This document shows, in pieces, positions 18,460-32,012 of a DNA stretch of 53,510 nt. The number at the start of each line of letters is the position of its first letter. The stretch's first letter is position 1. Source of the DNA: Rotaria socialis. Taxonomy: Eukaryota. The notes beneath the pieces are model-generated. The model was not told the origin of the DNA. It saw only the letters and a list, made by a program, of their open reading frames with translations, and searched no databases. The position numbers and the translations under genes were made by a program. The stretch spans positions 1 through 53,510 of the forward strand of contig CAJNYD010000009.1 in assembly GCA_905331295.1 (NCBI GenBank). The letters run 5' to 3'.

Positions 18460-20655
18460 TAAATATAATATTTTAGCGGTAGCTGATGTCGTATGAACAA
18501 ACTTAGTGCCATGTGGTATGAATAAAATGATTGAGACTGGTAACAGTGAAATAATAATTACTAAAGACGATGTCACTATTCTTAAACAAATATTGATCAT
18601 TCATCCTTCTTCAAAAATGAATAGTGTGTAATAGTTCACTAAGAAAATTATAGCTTCATTCCAATATTTATTTGTTAGACTTCTACTCACACAGAATGCC
18701 TTGATCAAAGAAGTAGAAGATGACCAAAACATATTTGGGTTTTGAAAAAAGTTGAAAAATTTTCGTATTATATACACAATTTTCAACAAAATGGCGAAAC
18801 TTACATTCATCTACAGGAAGTATTCAAAGAAGAATGAAATACGCTAAATGATTCTAGTGAATATGAATGTCATTCTGAACGAATCGAAGATTATTCTGTG
18901 AGGTATGTTCAGATTTCCGAAAAGGTAAATTTCCGAAATTGACAAATTTCTCTCTCATCATTAAAAGATATACAAGACTGCCAACAGAAATTTCCTTGGA
19001 ATTTCCGTAACTGCTGTTACACGCGAAAGAAAATTATAAATACCATATTTTCAAATACCTCCCAATAAACTTTCCTGGAAATTTCGGAAATCAGTTTCCC
19101 ATACACAGAAATTTCTGTATTCACCATAAGTTCCATGTAGTTAACAAAATTACTAGAAATTCGTTTCATTCTAGAGGGTAGGCTCTTTAAATCTATATAT
19201 AGATCCATCACTGAATCTGTATGATATGAATATCGAAATTATAGTAATTTCCGAAATTTCTAGGAAATTACTTTATTTTGGTTTCTACTCATGGTGAATG
19301 ATATTGTGGTAGTTTCGAAAGGTTGTGATCGCTTCTAAAAGTTGATTATTTTGTGCCTGAAATTTCCAAAATATGGATATTTAGCTAGGAAATTTCATTT
19401 TTGGAAACCTACTCACTGATGCTTTATTTAGGTGGTGTTTTCGGGAAGTTCGGAAATTACTTTATATGGTGTATTCGCTTGGAATTTGTTTGAATGGTGG
19501 GATAGAAATTTCTTTTTCAGCTGAGAAATTTACTTTTTCGGAAGTTTGAACATTGCTGCTATTTTATGTATAATCTAGATGGAAAATACAGATATAATTA
19601 GTGATCATGCACAAGTGAATCGTACTATAAAAGAAGAACGTCAATGTATATTGAATATCATTAAAGAAATTAAAAAGACGAATTATAATCCATTACTGAT
19701 ACAAAAAAAAACAATATTACCTGATGCTATAGGCGACTTAGCTATAAATTATTTACTGCAAATGAAAATATTAGTTTTAAAAACTGTCGAAAGAGAAGAT
19801 GTACCATTTATTGCTAAAGTAATTGAAGATTTTTTTTATTGCTCCTGTTAATAAAAACAAATTTATCAATAATAGATGCTAAAATTTAGATACTTGGTTG
19901 CAAACCAATTACAAGTTTAGATCATTTTCAACAAGATATGGTGGGCTCAATAGATCTCGTTGAAGAAAAATTACAGCTGGCTCAGATAAAATCGTTACGG
20001 TACGTTTTGAAACTATAATAAGATGGCCCTTCTTAAAAAAAAATAACGTTAATCTCCCTAGTTGTTTTGCATAGTAAATTGCAAAGCTTAACAGCTTGGA
20101 GTAATCTAATCCTTGTAATGCTCAAGAGGAATTTTTTTATTTATCATTCTATTTTAAGAATCATCCAATTTTAAAGAATACTTTCTCAAATTATAAATAC
20201 TAACTCATAGAGGTTGTAACAAAGAAAATGCACTCTTTCACATGATGAAATAGATATTGAATTCGTAGATTTTTACGCATAGATGATAGCATAAATTATT
20301 TTATTTTTATTATCTTTTGTAGTGAATAATAAAATAATGGTGATAAAAAGTAATAATAAAAGAAAAACGCAGTATATTAATAACTGAGATAGTTTCTCTT
20401 CAGTTAATGTCCGTATTTTTTCAAATAGGATTAAAACGTACGTTGAACGGAGTAATGTTTCCCAAGTAAATAACATCATTTCAGAAAAATTTCAACAATG
20501 CAGATAGTATATATTCATTCTTTTTATTTTTTATTTTAATAGATTACAAGTGTTGCTCATTCAGATCATTCAGTATCAATGTTATTACGTAGTTCGAGTA
20601 AATTAGAATTTGAAGAAGCTGCTCGTTCAGTTCATGATGCTCTTTTTGTCATACG
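18460..20655 (+). pseudogene. CCT4: Unprocessed pseudogene of chaperonin CCT delta subunit
   Basis: Fragments: NILAVADVV*TNLVPCGMNKMIE...DVTILKQILIIHPSSKM (TGA 18494-18496; degenerate GPKGMDKM and TNDGATIL motifs); SDHAQVNRTIKEERQCILNIIKEIKK...EREDVPFIAK; ILGCKPITSLDHF (frameshift ~19968); LEFEEAARSVHDALFVIR. Introns are retained; the middle and C-terminal parts are not seen. Confidence 0.85.
18905..19553. mobile_element. ~650-bp non-autonomous TIR DNA transposon inside the CCT4 pseudogene
   Basis: ATGTTCAGATTTCCGAAAAGGTAAATTTC versus the reverse complement of GAAATTTACTTTTTCGGAAGTTTGAACAT (26/29). The interior is packed with AAATTTCC/GGAAATTT motifs. Confidence 0.7.
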
Positions 20656-20772
20656 GTATTTTGTGATAGAACGGTTTGTAATTAGAAAAAAACTTTGATT
20701 TTTATAGAATCTAAATTATATTTTATGAAGAAAAAATATAACGAATATAACTTCTAATGCGAGATCTTACAG

Positions 20773-20884
20773 TTCCGTCATCGTCAAGAGATAAAATCCC
20801 GGTTCGAGACAAAGCATCGTTTTATTTTCCGTCATCTTCAAGAGATAAAATCCCGGTCCAAGACAAAGCATCACTTTATTTTCC
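20773..20884. repeat. Tandem duplication of a 54-bp unit (2 copies)
   Basis: TTCCGTCATC(G/T)TCAAGAGATAAAATCCCGGT..AGACAAAGCATC..TTTATT at 20773 and 20827. Confidence 0.85.
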
Positions 20885-23639
20885 ATAGCATCTTTAGCAG
20901 TAAGGAGAGCAAGTCTCTAATAGTCATGGAATATATTTGTGTAGGAGCTACTGATAGCAGGATTCAAAATTATCTTTGAGAATTTCTCAGTATAATAATA
21001 TGAGTAGTACTAAATTATATTTTTGACAAAGTCATATAATAGACACCTAAACAGGGTAAACTGATCAAGCTTTCAATTGAAGGAATAGTTGATATTAGAG
21101 TTGTGCTGTTTATTGAGGTGTCAAAGAATTGTTTGAGATCTATTATGAGCATAATATATATGTGGCAGGCGAGTTTGGAATTTAGTTGAGTTTGAAGTAG
21201 TTTTTTTCTTAATTTTTTTAATAGAATTTTTGTCGAGATCTAACTTTAGAAATTTTTATATTGAGAATTATTCCTTGCATCTTTTTCCAATGAGTTTTTA
21301 AATAATTCAACTCTGTCTATCTTTTTAACTATGGGGACATGGGGACATTGAATTTATCTAAGGAATATTTCTTCTCTATTCTATTTTTCTATAATCTATT
21401 ATCACGAGCAGAAGAAGAAGAAAAAAGAAAAAAATATTTTTTCGATTAATTATTTTTTTCGCGTATTCCAATCTCAACTGAAATTCTCATGTCATCTGTG
21501 ACACATGTGTATACATATATATATATAGAAAAAGCTCATTAGTTTCTTTAAATCCAAAATTACAATGAAAAAAAAAGATTCAATTAACAAAAATGGCTTA
21601 AAAAAAGGAAAACTATGAGTAATTAGTATTAGTATGCGTTAGCAATAGATCCCTGTTAACAAAAAACATTTCTACTCAAAAAGTCAAAGTGAACTAGACA
21701 AGTCAAGTCCGGCATGATCCATTGTCTTTTGAATATAGCTATACTTTGCCAGGCATTTTTTCAGTTCATGTATTTTTTCTATTAATATAATCAAGCGGAA
21801 AAAATTGCATGAGAGTTCTATATTCTAGCTCTTCTTGAAATATCTATTGAAAAGAATTTTAATTCTAATCAATTTAGAGAGCACTATGTGCCGGTGAAGC
21901 AGTATCCGAAATAGAATTGTCTGTTCACTTTTCTGAGTATGCACAAAGTTTAATCAGGGGTTGATCACTATTGTATACGTGAATTTACTGAAGCACTTGA
22001 ATTTACTCCATGTAGATTAACTGCAAATGCTGATTGAAATGTTCAAAAAGTAAATTTTAGTTATTCCACATTCTATTGTTGTAATGAAAATTTCTAAAAT
22101 AGATTCTTATATCAAATATTCTTGAAGAAAATGTTGTTCAACCTATACTATTACCGATGAGTGCTATTCGTTTAACGTTTGTTCAATATATGGGTTGTTG
22201 CTCTAATAATTTTTATTTGATTTTCTTTTACTCATATGATCAAAAAACAATCAATCGTGTTAATTATGAATTATGATTCTTCTAGAAAAACGGAAATTTA
22301 TTTTGATGCCATTGGCAATAATAATTTCGAAGGAGTCACATTACATCAAATGATTACATTGAATTAGAACCACTACTTAAAATTAACAAAAGCTAACTAG
22401 GACAATTATTCTTTCAAAGAAATAAGCAGTCATCATGAATATACCTTATTCGTGCAAGTCAAAGAGAGATACGATATTCAAACAGCTTGATACAAATTAT
22501 GTTCAAAGCTAGCCTAATAATATATTTGTTGATGATGTTTCGGTACGAGGAAAGTAAAGTCCATAGCGAGAAAAGTAAAAATTATTCATTTGTAAAGGAT
22601 CGAAAATTTAAAGTTCAATTATTGTGAAGTAAAATAAGTTGTCATATTTTTAACTGAATAGCAGAAAAGTTATTCGAAAGTGAGATTCATGAATATCATA
22701 CTTGATGTCTTCGTTACATGATTAATACCTCAGAATAATTAAAATATATTGTCGATCATATGATTGCTGAACAATCTGTGTGCTACTGAAACAGTTCGAT
22801 TAATTTTTAAAATTGGCGATTTAGTAAGAATTTATCCTTATGATCTTTAGCGCTTGTTATATTTCTACTTAATTTAGATTGCAATGATGCAATTCAATAA
22901 GAAATAGAAAAGAATTCTCGGATGATATACATTGGGTATCACTACAGTTCAAATAGCTAATCATTCGATCGAAACTATTATCGAAAAGCAACCAATTGAT
23001 GTGTATCGCAAATATGTATTATCTGTATGGGTATCATTTTGTTCTTTTTGTCATCTTGGATCATTAGAAACAATCATATATAACAAAAAAAAATGACTTT
23101 TTCAGTGAAACACTTATTTGTAAGTTGACTCTGAACAAGACGAAAAGTTCATTCTCTAGTGCAGAACCAAATGTTCTGTTGAATGACACTAATTTGACAT
23201 ATAAGTGTCCTTGTTTTCTAGCTTAATCAGCAAGATTTTATTTTGATTTTGACCGCTGTATTAAAAATTAAAAATTAAAAAAGACAAGCAGTATATTCGA
23301 TCTGGCTGTTTTTGACTTTACATATCATACAGCCTGTCGGAAAACAATACTACACTATGTAGTTAATATACAATTGAGCATAAAGCAATGCATGACTCTT
23401 TCAATAGTTTTAAAAACCAGCAGGGCTCTTGCGTTGTGCGCATAAACTCAGCGGAACACTGCAAATTATTTTCTTTATTGTTATTATTTAATCTTAAAGT
23501 ATTTCGATTCAATTATTTTAAACTAATATTTATTAATAGACACAAGCAAAAGTATACATGTTAAGCATAAGAAATATGTATTGATTGAATCTTTTACAAT
23601 TAAAAATAAAAGAAGAATTAGGAATATTATTCTTATTGT

Positions 23640-26600
23640 TTAATCACCACAATAGACACCACCATCATCCATCATTTTTGATGACGAATGAGGTAAATTG
23701 AGAGATAACGTAACTAGTATCATTTGGTTTTGATCATTACGTGGGCTATTGATTAAAGCGTTTTTTTCAGATAATGCTTTCATTTCGGTATGATATCTAT
23801 TATTCTCATTAATTCTTAACGAAGGTGACGAGCTTGAAGGATGTTTATGATTATTATCATGATTACAAAATAATGACAACGAAGCATTATTTGAAGGTAT
23901 TTCTTCGCTAGCAACACTATGTTTGAGATTTTTTCTAATTATTTTTTGACGAGTATTAATCGGCGCTGTTTGTTGTCGGTTTATTTCATGTTCATGATTA
24001 AACTTTTGTACATTTCCACTAAGCAATGCATGGTCCATATAGATTCCACTAGGATGAGAACATTTAAGTAAAATTAAATATTCTTGACGGAATGAATCTG
24101 ATAGAAAAACATATAAAACTGGATTAAGACAATTATTAGCATAACCAATAATTGTTGTTAGATGTGTTAATTCTTTAAGAAAACGCATATTGGTATTCGT
24201 TGGTAATATAGAAAAATTTGAGCGTAATGAATATATTAATGGATCAATTGTTATAAATATTTGTAAAAACCAATATGGCAACCAACAAATAAAATAAGCT
24301 GCTACAACAGCAAGAACAATTCTTGTAACTTTGCGATGTGAACGTTGTTTTATTCCTGATTTATGTTTTCGACGGATAGTATTAAGACGTATAAGAAGAA
24401 GTATATAAAATGTTGTAATCATAGATCCAGGAATAAGAAATCCAAGTAAAAATCCATAATAGGTAAAAAGAATTTCTGGAGGAATTTGAAACTCAACCGA
24501 TGGGAAGTCAATTACGCATCTAAAGAAAAATGAAAAGATTGCTTTTCCAAAGCAATTCAAATTAGCTTATGATTTCACGATCCTTTTTTTGAAATCATAG
24601 CAAAGAATGAATAATGCTGTTTCAGAAAAACTCACAGAATTATCTATTTAAAAAGTTATTTTCGTAGACAGAACTAAATAGAAAGATTAACTTCGAGTAA
24701 AATTGGTTTTATTTTCATAAACAAATAAAAGACTATAAACGATTAACATTTTCAATGTGATTTAAATTTTAGAATTTCATATATAATGAAAAACTTTATT
24801 TTCTTCAGATCTCAATCTATTTTATTCAATGTTACTCGTTTTTTTCTGGCGTTTTGATCAGGGATCACAGCATAAACAAAAACACCAGTAAGCTTTCTGA
24901 TATTTTGCTCCCGTTATTCTTGTTTTTCTATATTATTAGATTTTACGAGGAAGAATTCATTGTTTTAAATGAATAAAATTGTTATGGATAATTAAAATTT
25001 CGAATTGCATTAGGCTGTTTCTTCATGAAAAGTCTTTAATCTCAATAATCTTCATATCTGTCAATTGTGACATTAAATAAAAAAAAAGAACTGGTGAGGT
25101 TTGAAGCTGTAAATTCTTCTACGAGAACTATTATGCCTAATTTGAAAAAGTCTTCTGATGTGCAAAAGATTTAATTCGCTTAAGACAAGCAAAAACAATT
25201 TATCTATGAATTATTTCTGCCAGAACAAGATTTTATATTACCGAGTCAATCTTGTTCATTCAAAGCACTTTAAAAAAGTACGATTACCTCAGTAAACCTT
25301 AATAAGAAAGACGTATAATTAATGTAACTAGCTTAGACATATGTATATCAATAAAACAATGATATACATGATTTATATATACATATTGAATTTAAACTTA
25401 CAATATATATATCACTCTGTGTTAATTCAAGAACTGTAAATACTAGAAGCAATAGTAAGTTTGAAAAAAACAATCAGAATTATAAATATATCAATCAATA
25501 CAAGTAAATAAATCAATGTTGTATAAACATGCATAGTTCATATCCAGGAGACATGCCTTTTCTAAATTATTTATATTCGTCACTTGCCTAAATCCTACAT
25601 GAATATTCAGGAATACAGAATCAATATTTTGATACTAACATACTGTACATATGTGAGATGATAGAATATGGATACGAAACTTATGTTGTTTCTTGTATTA
25701 TTTGTGAATATAATTCATTTATAATAGTATCACTAAAATATTTCTATTAACATCGAACTATCGATCAAGGCAGTTATTTTGTATTGAAATAAAAGCAAAA
25801 ACGAGAGCCGGGAAAAAAAACTTCTCGTAGTCAAACAAATGTGTAGGCATATAGAAATTCGTCACCTATTTTTTAGTGTCAACTGAAGCACATGAAAATA
25901 AATTAAAATAGGTCTACGTGACGTTTTAGTTATGGCAATTATGTTTGAAGATATGTATGCATTTAGCAAATTTCCTCAATTGAATGGAGTACTTTTTCTT
26001 TGTTCTTATTGATGACAGAAATGGGACTTGCATTTTGTATTTTTTATTATAACTACATTCATGTTCGTAGTTTAACTTAGTGATGTGTAAAGGAATGAAG
26101 ACGGATTAATACACTTCTTTTGTAACTTTTGTTGTCTACTATAGCTCTTTTTTTGTATAAATACTTTCTATTAAAATTACTAATGCATTTAAGTAAGTCA
26201 TGTGCAAATAAACTATAATCATTGCTATGATGTTCATTATTAATCTTTTACATTTAGAATCATATTTCAGCTACTTCAAATTCTTTTCCACGCCATCTTA
26301 AAAACTTAAACATAAATAAAATTTAGAAAAACTTCTGATCAGTTGTAATTACAGAGCTTATAAAGATTGATTTCTCATAATCTAAATGACTGTATAAATG
26401 CGATAGATCTGCAAAGATTTTCCATTAACAAAAGTGTCGAAGCAAAAAAAAACAACCATTATCCACTCGTGTTTCGTACCAATGCATAAGTTATCTGTGT
26501 GGATGATTTCAATTAATGTCTAAAATGTTTATCGTTCTCTTTCGGGAGTTCGTGCCAATTTGTTGTAACTTATTATATATGAATATATTCTATATATAGA

Positions 26601-27568
26601 TAAGCATGCAAAATCCTTTTGTGTTAGGATACATCTAGTTTTTTTAAGTTGACACTTTAATAAATGGTTTTATTTATCATAGAATTCAATAGAACTATGG
26701 ATGGTACTTAGTTTTATTTTTGCCTTAAAGATTTTTTCTTATACGAAAATCGTGTATGTTTAACTAGAGTGCGCTCGCTCAACTCTACGTAGTGCATTTA
26801 GTGGGAATTAATTAAAGTAATATAAAAGTTCTAGCTTAACTGCATTGATTTAATCTGATTCATCTGCAGCAAAAGCATCACAAAAAGAATAAGAGACAGC
26901 CAAGAATATGATTACTCATTAGATTGATTTCGTCAACAAAAACTAATATATTAATAAGTCTTCTTACTTTTCTACTCGATAACGAAACCAAACAGAATAG
27001 TTCTCAGATGTGGCCGTTGCGAATACCCATGTTGGACAAAGAAAAAGAATTGATATAAGCCAACATCCTTAGTAGAAAAATATGAAAACAATAATTGAAA
27101 ATGTTTCATTTTCTATAGCATACCACCAATAATTATGACACATTTTGTTCTTGTTCGAAATTCAATAGCTAGAACCGGATGACAAACAGCCAGATATCGG
27201 TCAAATGATAACACGGCCAATAAAAGTGAACTGGCATACTGATTGATATGAATGAAATTGTAATACATTTTACATAAAATATTTCCAAATATCCATCCAT
27301 TAGCAAGTATCGTGATTATAAGGAAAGGTACACTCAAAAGAAGTACGAAATCTGCAATAGCTATGTTGAGTAAATAAGTATTGGTCACTGTGCGAAGACG
27401 CGACGAACGAAGAATACTAATGATAACAAGACCATTGCCAAAAGTACCAATGAAAAACAAAATTGTATAGAATGGAAGAAAATAATAGGATAAATAATTA
27501 TTTTGTTTCGTACCAATAAAAAAAGCAGTTGTTGTGTTATTTATCATAAGGTGATCGCTGTCAAACAT
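23640..27568 (-). CDS. Somatostatin/allatostatin-C receptor-like class A GPCR; exons 27568-27124, 27067-26968, 24519-23640
   Basis: GTFGNGLV, LRTVTNTYLLNIAIADF, NQYASSLLLAVLSFDRYLAVCHP, YGFLLGFLIP, KQRSHRKVTRIVLAVV, ICWLPYW, YANNCLNPVLYVFLSDSFR. Splice phases are compatible. Confidence 0.9.
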
Positions 27569-28981
27569 GGTTCATTTAGTTTGCTTATATTTTGTTTTAT
27601 ATAATATGTTCTGAACATTTAATCGAGAAGAATATTCTTGAGAAGCTCTAGAGAAAAAGGATTAGAAGAGTATAAAAATTCCAAAAGAGAGGACTAATTT
27701 TTTTTCTTCGTATTTTTTTCTCTCTCATTTTGTTCTGTACTGGCCGGAATCAAATGCAAACAAGTAAACGAGAATTCTAGAGGTTATAGAAAAAGGAAAG
27801 AAAAAGCAGCTACTATTATTGTCATAGTTGAATACTTTGATACGTATTCTAAATGTACTATAATTTACTACTGCTATGATATTAAAGAGTATTTTTCTAC
27901 TAATTCTTGTTTGAAATATTCATTACCTATAATTTTTCCCTTTAGTTTTTCTTTCATTCCATATCAAATAGTCGACAGAAAAATTTTGATTGTGAACCTC
28001 TTCTTGAATGAGGAAGTGTGAATGCAGGAGGTGTAAATACGCTCTTCCTTTTACTGACATAGATTATTCTTGAACGAAAAATATACAATGAGATAATGCA
28101 CGATCATTAAGCTAAAATGAATTGTTCTTAATACATAATGCTATTTTTGTTACTAAAAAAAAACATTCGAAATAGCCGATAGAAACTCATGAATAGTATC
28201 AAATAAATTATATCTCTGGATCTGATATGTACAAATAAGTACAAAAAAGAAAAAATACTAAAAACTTTATGAATTGTTCTAAAAGTTCGATTTTTTAATA
28301 TGTTGAAGTTTAAAATGGCAAGTTGTCTTCGTCAAAAAATATAAATATTCTAATATGAACAGTGAAAATTTGGTACGCTCAGTGAATGTTATTCATAGTT
28401 TTTAAGTTTGCAATGAACGTACATTTTAAAAAAAGTAGTAATATTAACTTCTTGCTTGCAAAGATAAGACTGTAGTCTCAACATTTGCCTCAATTCACTT
28501 GTGAACAACTTTAGCATGGGAATTGAGAAAGATTAATGGTAGAACAAACCGTTACGACTAACAAATAAACTAAATTAATACGGCCACTTGTCTATGCATT
28601 TTTATCTCGAACTAACAAACTATGAATAGGACTAATTGCTAACAGGAAATTCTTTGTATATACTCTATTCTACATATATGAAAATTGCTCGTGATAAGCT
28701 CAAGTTCAATTCTTTCTATAACTATTATTGTTGACTGTAGATAATTTTATACATGAAATGCTAGAAAATAAAAACATGAGTATCAACAACGTGTGTTTTT
28801 TCAGAAATAAATGAAATCTATAGCATTTTTTATTTACAAAACTCGAATAAAGTATTCTATTTATAATAAAATAGTCATTTTGTCTTTGATTATGTTTTTT
28901 TTATATATACCAAATTATTGCTATTCATATTAACACACTTGGTTGAAAAGCTCTTGTTATGAAAATAAAATTATTTCATTT

Positions 28982-29965
28982 TTATATCAAAAATCGTGAC
29001 GGTCGTGCTTGTATCCTTTTATTTGTTTGAAGATAAAGGCGAATTATATGCGGATCATCATTACAAAATTTAAATGTTGCACGACAATTTCGTTTAATCC
29101 AAAAGGCAGTCCGAAAACGTGAAGACATTGTTTCAATATTATTGTCATTATTATTTGTTAATGTTCGATTGAGAATAAATTGAGCACTAATATTTAACTT
29201 CTTTACAAAACATAAATTATTCATTAACAATTGCTCAAGAGAATTAATGAACAAATTTTGATCGACGTATGAAGTAAAAATTGAAAGGCACTGAATATTA
29301 GGAAAATAAACAGACAGAAATTGTGAACATAATATGTCAAATGATATACCCATGGAAAGACAGATAAGACGTGTAACAGTCGGGATTGAAGAAAAATTTG
29401 TTATACTCCGTTTATCAATTCCAAAAAGCGATATGTGAAGATATTTTAATTTTCTTGTGTATTGTAATAATTCTATAATATCATTTAATGAAATGTAATT
29501 AATTGTTAAATATTCAATATTACTGAAATCTTTATTGACCATCAATATTGATGGGAAAAAACTTAATTTATGATGTAATTTCAATTGAACATTGATCAAT
29601 GTTGGACTTTCAAAAATGAGTTTAATATTTGCTGAAGATAAATTCGCATCCTCAATACATAAACGCGAAAGTTGCGGTGGAAGTTGAACAAGATTATCGA
29701 GATTAGATTTTGTTAATGTCAATGTGCGAATGTTAGTAAATTCTTCAAGACATATGGGCGATGACGTCAGCCACAATGATAAAACACGATTCGGAGAATA
29801 TATTATATTTTGATTCTCGGATGATATATGCAATTGACTATGAAGAATAATGCCATCAATGCGTGTATTTAAATTTGCAAATGAATAAAACAACTCATGC
29901 GCCCAAAAAAAATCAAAAATCGAATAGAAAAGTTCCGTAGGGAAATCTTCAAGGCTCGTTGTCAT
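28982..29965 (-). CDS. Divergent F-box-like / degenerate LRR protein, single exon (~327 aa; likely start MTTSLEDFP)
   Basis: N-terminal LEDFPTELFYSIFDFFWAHELFYSFANLNTRID resembles an F-box. It is followed by LxxLxL repeats and a C-terminal FRTAFW motif shared with the paralogue at 41.7-43.7 kb (FRSSFW). Confidence 0.75.
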   Translation of the reverse strand: MTTSLEDFPTELFYSIFDFFWAHELFYSFANLNTRIDGIILHSQLHISSENQNIIYSPNRVLSLWLTSSPICLEEFTNIRTLTLTKSNLDNLVQLPPQLSRLCIEDANLSSANIKLIFESPTLINVQLKLHHKLSFFPSILMVNKDFSNIEYLTINYISLNDIIELLQYTRKLKYLHISLFGIDKRSITNFSSIPTVTRLICLSMGISFDILCSQFLSVYFPNIQCLSIFTSYVDQNLFINSLEQLLMNNLCFVKKLNISAQFILNRTLTNNNDNNIETMSSRFRTAFWIKRNCRATFKFCNDDPHIIRLYLQTNKRIQARPSRFLI

Positions 29966-31537
29966 TGGAATATGAATGAAGAGAGGAAAAAAACAAATAT
30001 GTCGATCTATCTGTTTTGTGCTTACCATGCTAGATAACTGAAATAACATGCTGAATGGTATCCAACAACAAACGCACAAGAAAACAATCGAAGATGGCAC
30101 TAGCTTTTGCATGAATGATAGATATTAAAATAAATTTTAGTAACATCCTTTTTTTAATTGCTTTACTATTAATCCCAATGTGAGACACTTTAGATTATAT
30201 GCTACGTGCTTGAATAAAATTTATTTTTTACCTTAAATGGTAGACATAAATACATTCTATTTTAACATCAAGATAATAACCCGAGTCATAGAGTTGAACT
30301 AAAAATAAACTGCTTTTAATATATTACACACTTGTTAATTTAACGTATGGACTTTTTAGTATTTAAATGTGAAATATTTCTAAATATTTAATATAATCGC
30401 TCGCTGAAAGATTCTGTGATATATTGAGAGCAATGCCTTCGAAAAATTAACCTACTGGCTATTGGCTCCATATACTATATAGTAAGTATCTAGAAGCTCA
30501 TACATTGATTTAGGTATATGATATATTTAAAATGAAATTAATATTTATTTTTGTGACTGTTGTCGTACTTTTAAAATGAAATTCTAGTTCGTGTACATAT
30601 GTAACGAATAATTGTGATTTACAGAGCTTAATAAAACAAAAATAATGAATGATATAAACAATAAACAATAAACATTGAAAATTTACAATTAATTATTATT
30701 TACAAACAGTAAAAAAAATATTTAGTACTTATCGATCGATCGATAAAGAGGTTAGCATGATAGTCTTAGGTTCATTTCATTAACATAATAACTGCAGCAA
30801 AACAAATAATTTCATGTTTCAGTTATGAAAAGATTTAAAATATAGCTCTCAGCTATAAAGTTTCATAAAAAAGAAAAAAAACTGTCTACACTTCTTGAAA
30901 AAAATATCTTCATATTCATTCAAATGTTTTTTTTCAATATCACCCTGCTATATTTACAATAGTTGGATTTGTAATGAGCAAAATTCTATCTATCATTGTT
31001 CGAATGGATAAGATAAAAGTCAGTAACATTGTCATATGATATTATCTTGCTGAGCAATTTATATATATATATATAATAGTGAATGATACTGAAAATATTT
31101 ACAAGAATTTCTTTTTTTCAATTGTCTCATTTGAATACAATTTTTCAAGCGAAGCAAGTGACTTAAGTGTACTGTGTATCGCTTAATTGAAATGTATTAA
31201 AAAGCGGATATGGATTATGTGGAGATTAGGCAAGAAATGACGAATAAGAAAGCCGATCGTATCTAATTTATCTATGGTAATATTGTAGAATACTTCAGGA
31301 CGAGAGAAATTCTCTACAATTAATTATGCATCACAAAATGCATTTAGCCATTTGTTTACCATATTCTTGCCAATATGGCTGTCGAATACTTATTATTATT
31401 CCTATTGATTATTACTAATGCTAATTTGACGGATCGCATTGGCACGATATAAGATTCCATTATTTTTTTCTAAAATAATCAGCTATGTATTAAAAACACT
31501 ATAATCATAATAGAGCCTTATCCAAATTTGAATTGGT

Positions 31538-31625
31538 GAAATTGAGCACGGAAAGATAAGCATGGGAATGTAAGCACTGGAATAATGAGCACCGATAAAA
31601 TGAGCACAGGAAAGTTAAGCACGAA
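31538..31625. repeat. About six tandem 15-16-bp units with core TRAGCACNG(G/A)A; probable subterminal array of a DNA transposon remnant
   Basis: aaattgagcacgg aaagataagcatgg gaatgtaagcactgg aataatgagcaccg ataaaatgagcacagg aaagttaagcacg. Confidence 0.6.
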
Positions 31626-32012
31626 GGAAAAAAAACTTATATAGATACAGTATATTGACTGATCCAATAAATTTATTTACATTCTATGACAGGATGTGGG
31701 TGCTACTAAAAGGTAAAATAAGAGTAGCACACAGGCACCCAAACTCACAATTAATTACCTGCTCCGTGTTCATTTAGTATGAATCATTAGATTATTCTAC
31801 AGAATTTGTAGTTCTTATGTTTATGTTATATATGATCTAATTAACATAAATTGGTTTATGTTTATTTTAAGTAACAGATAAAAATTCTTCTAAATATGAC
31901 AAACTAAGTTGAAAATACTGACATGACCTTTTGGAATTAACCTTGTTCAGCACGTCACATGTGCTCGTTTTTATATCAATTTCATATCATCATATTTTAT
32001 CATTTGATATGT

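Noticed and set aside
19579..19851. 90-aa ORF as a functional small protein
   Set aside because: It is one exon of the CCT4 pseudogene reading into an intron.
29966..30112. Hydrophobic N-terminal extension (signal peptide-like) of the 376-aa ORF
   Set aside because: The F-box-like motif starts just after Met at 29965, as in the paralogue; the extension resembles UTR or intron sequence.
31538..31625. Regularly spaced repeats as a CRISPR-like array
   Set aside because: Units are ~15 bp, contiguous and without unique spacers; the context is eukaryotic with no cas genes.
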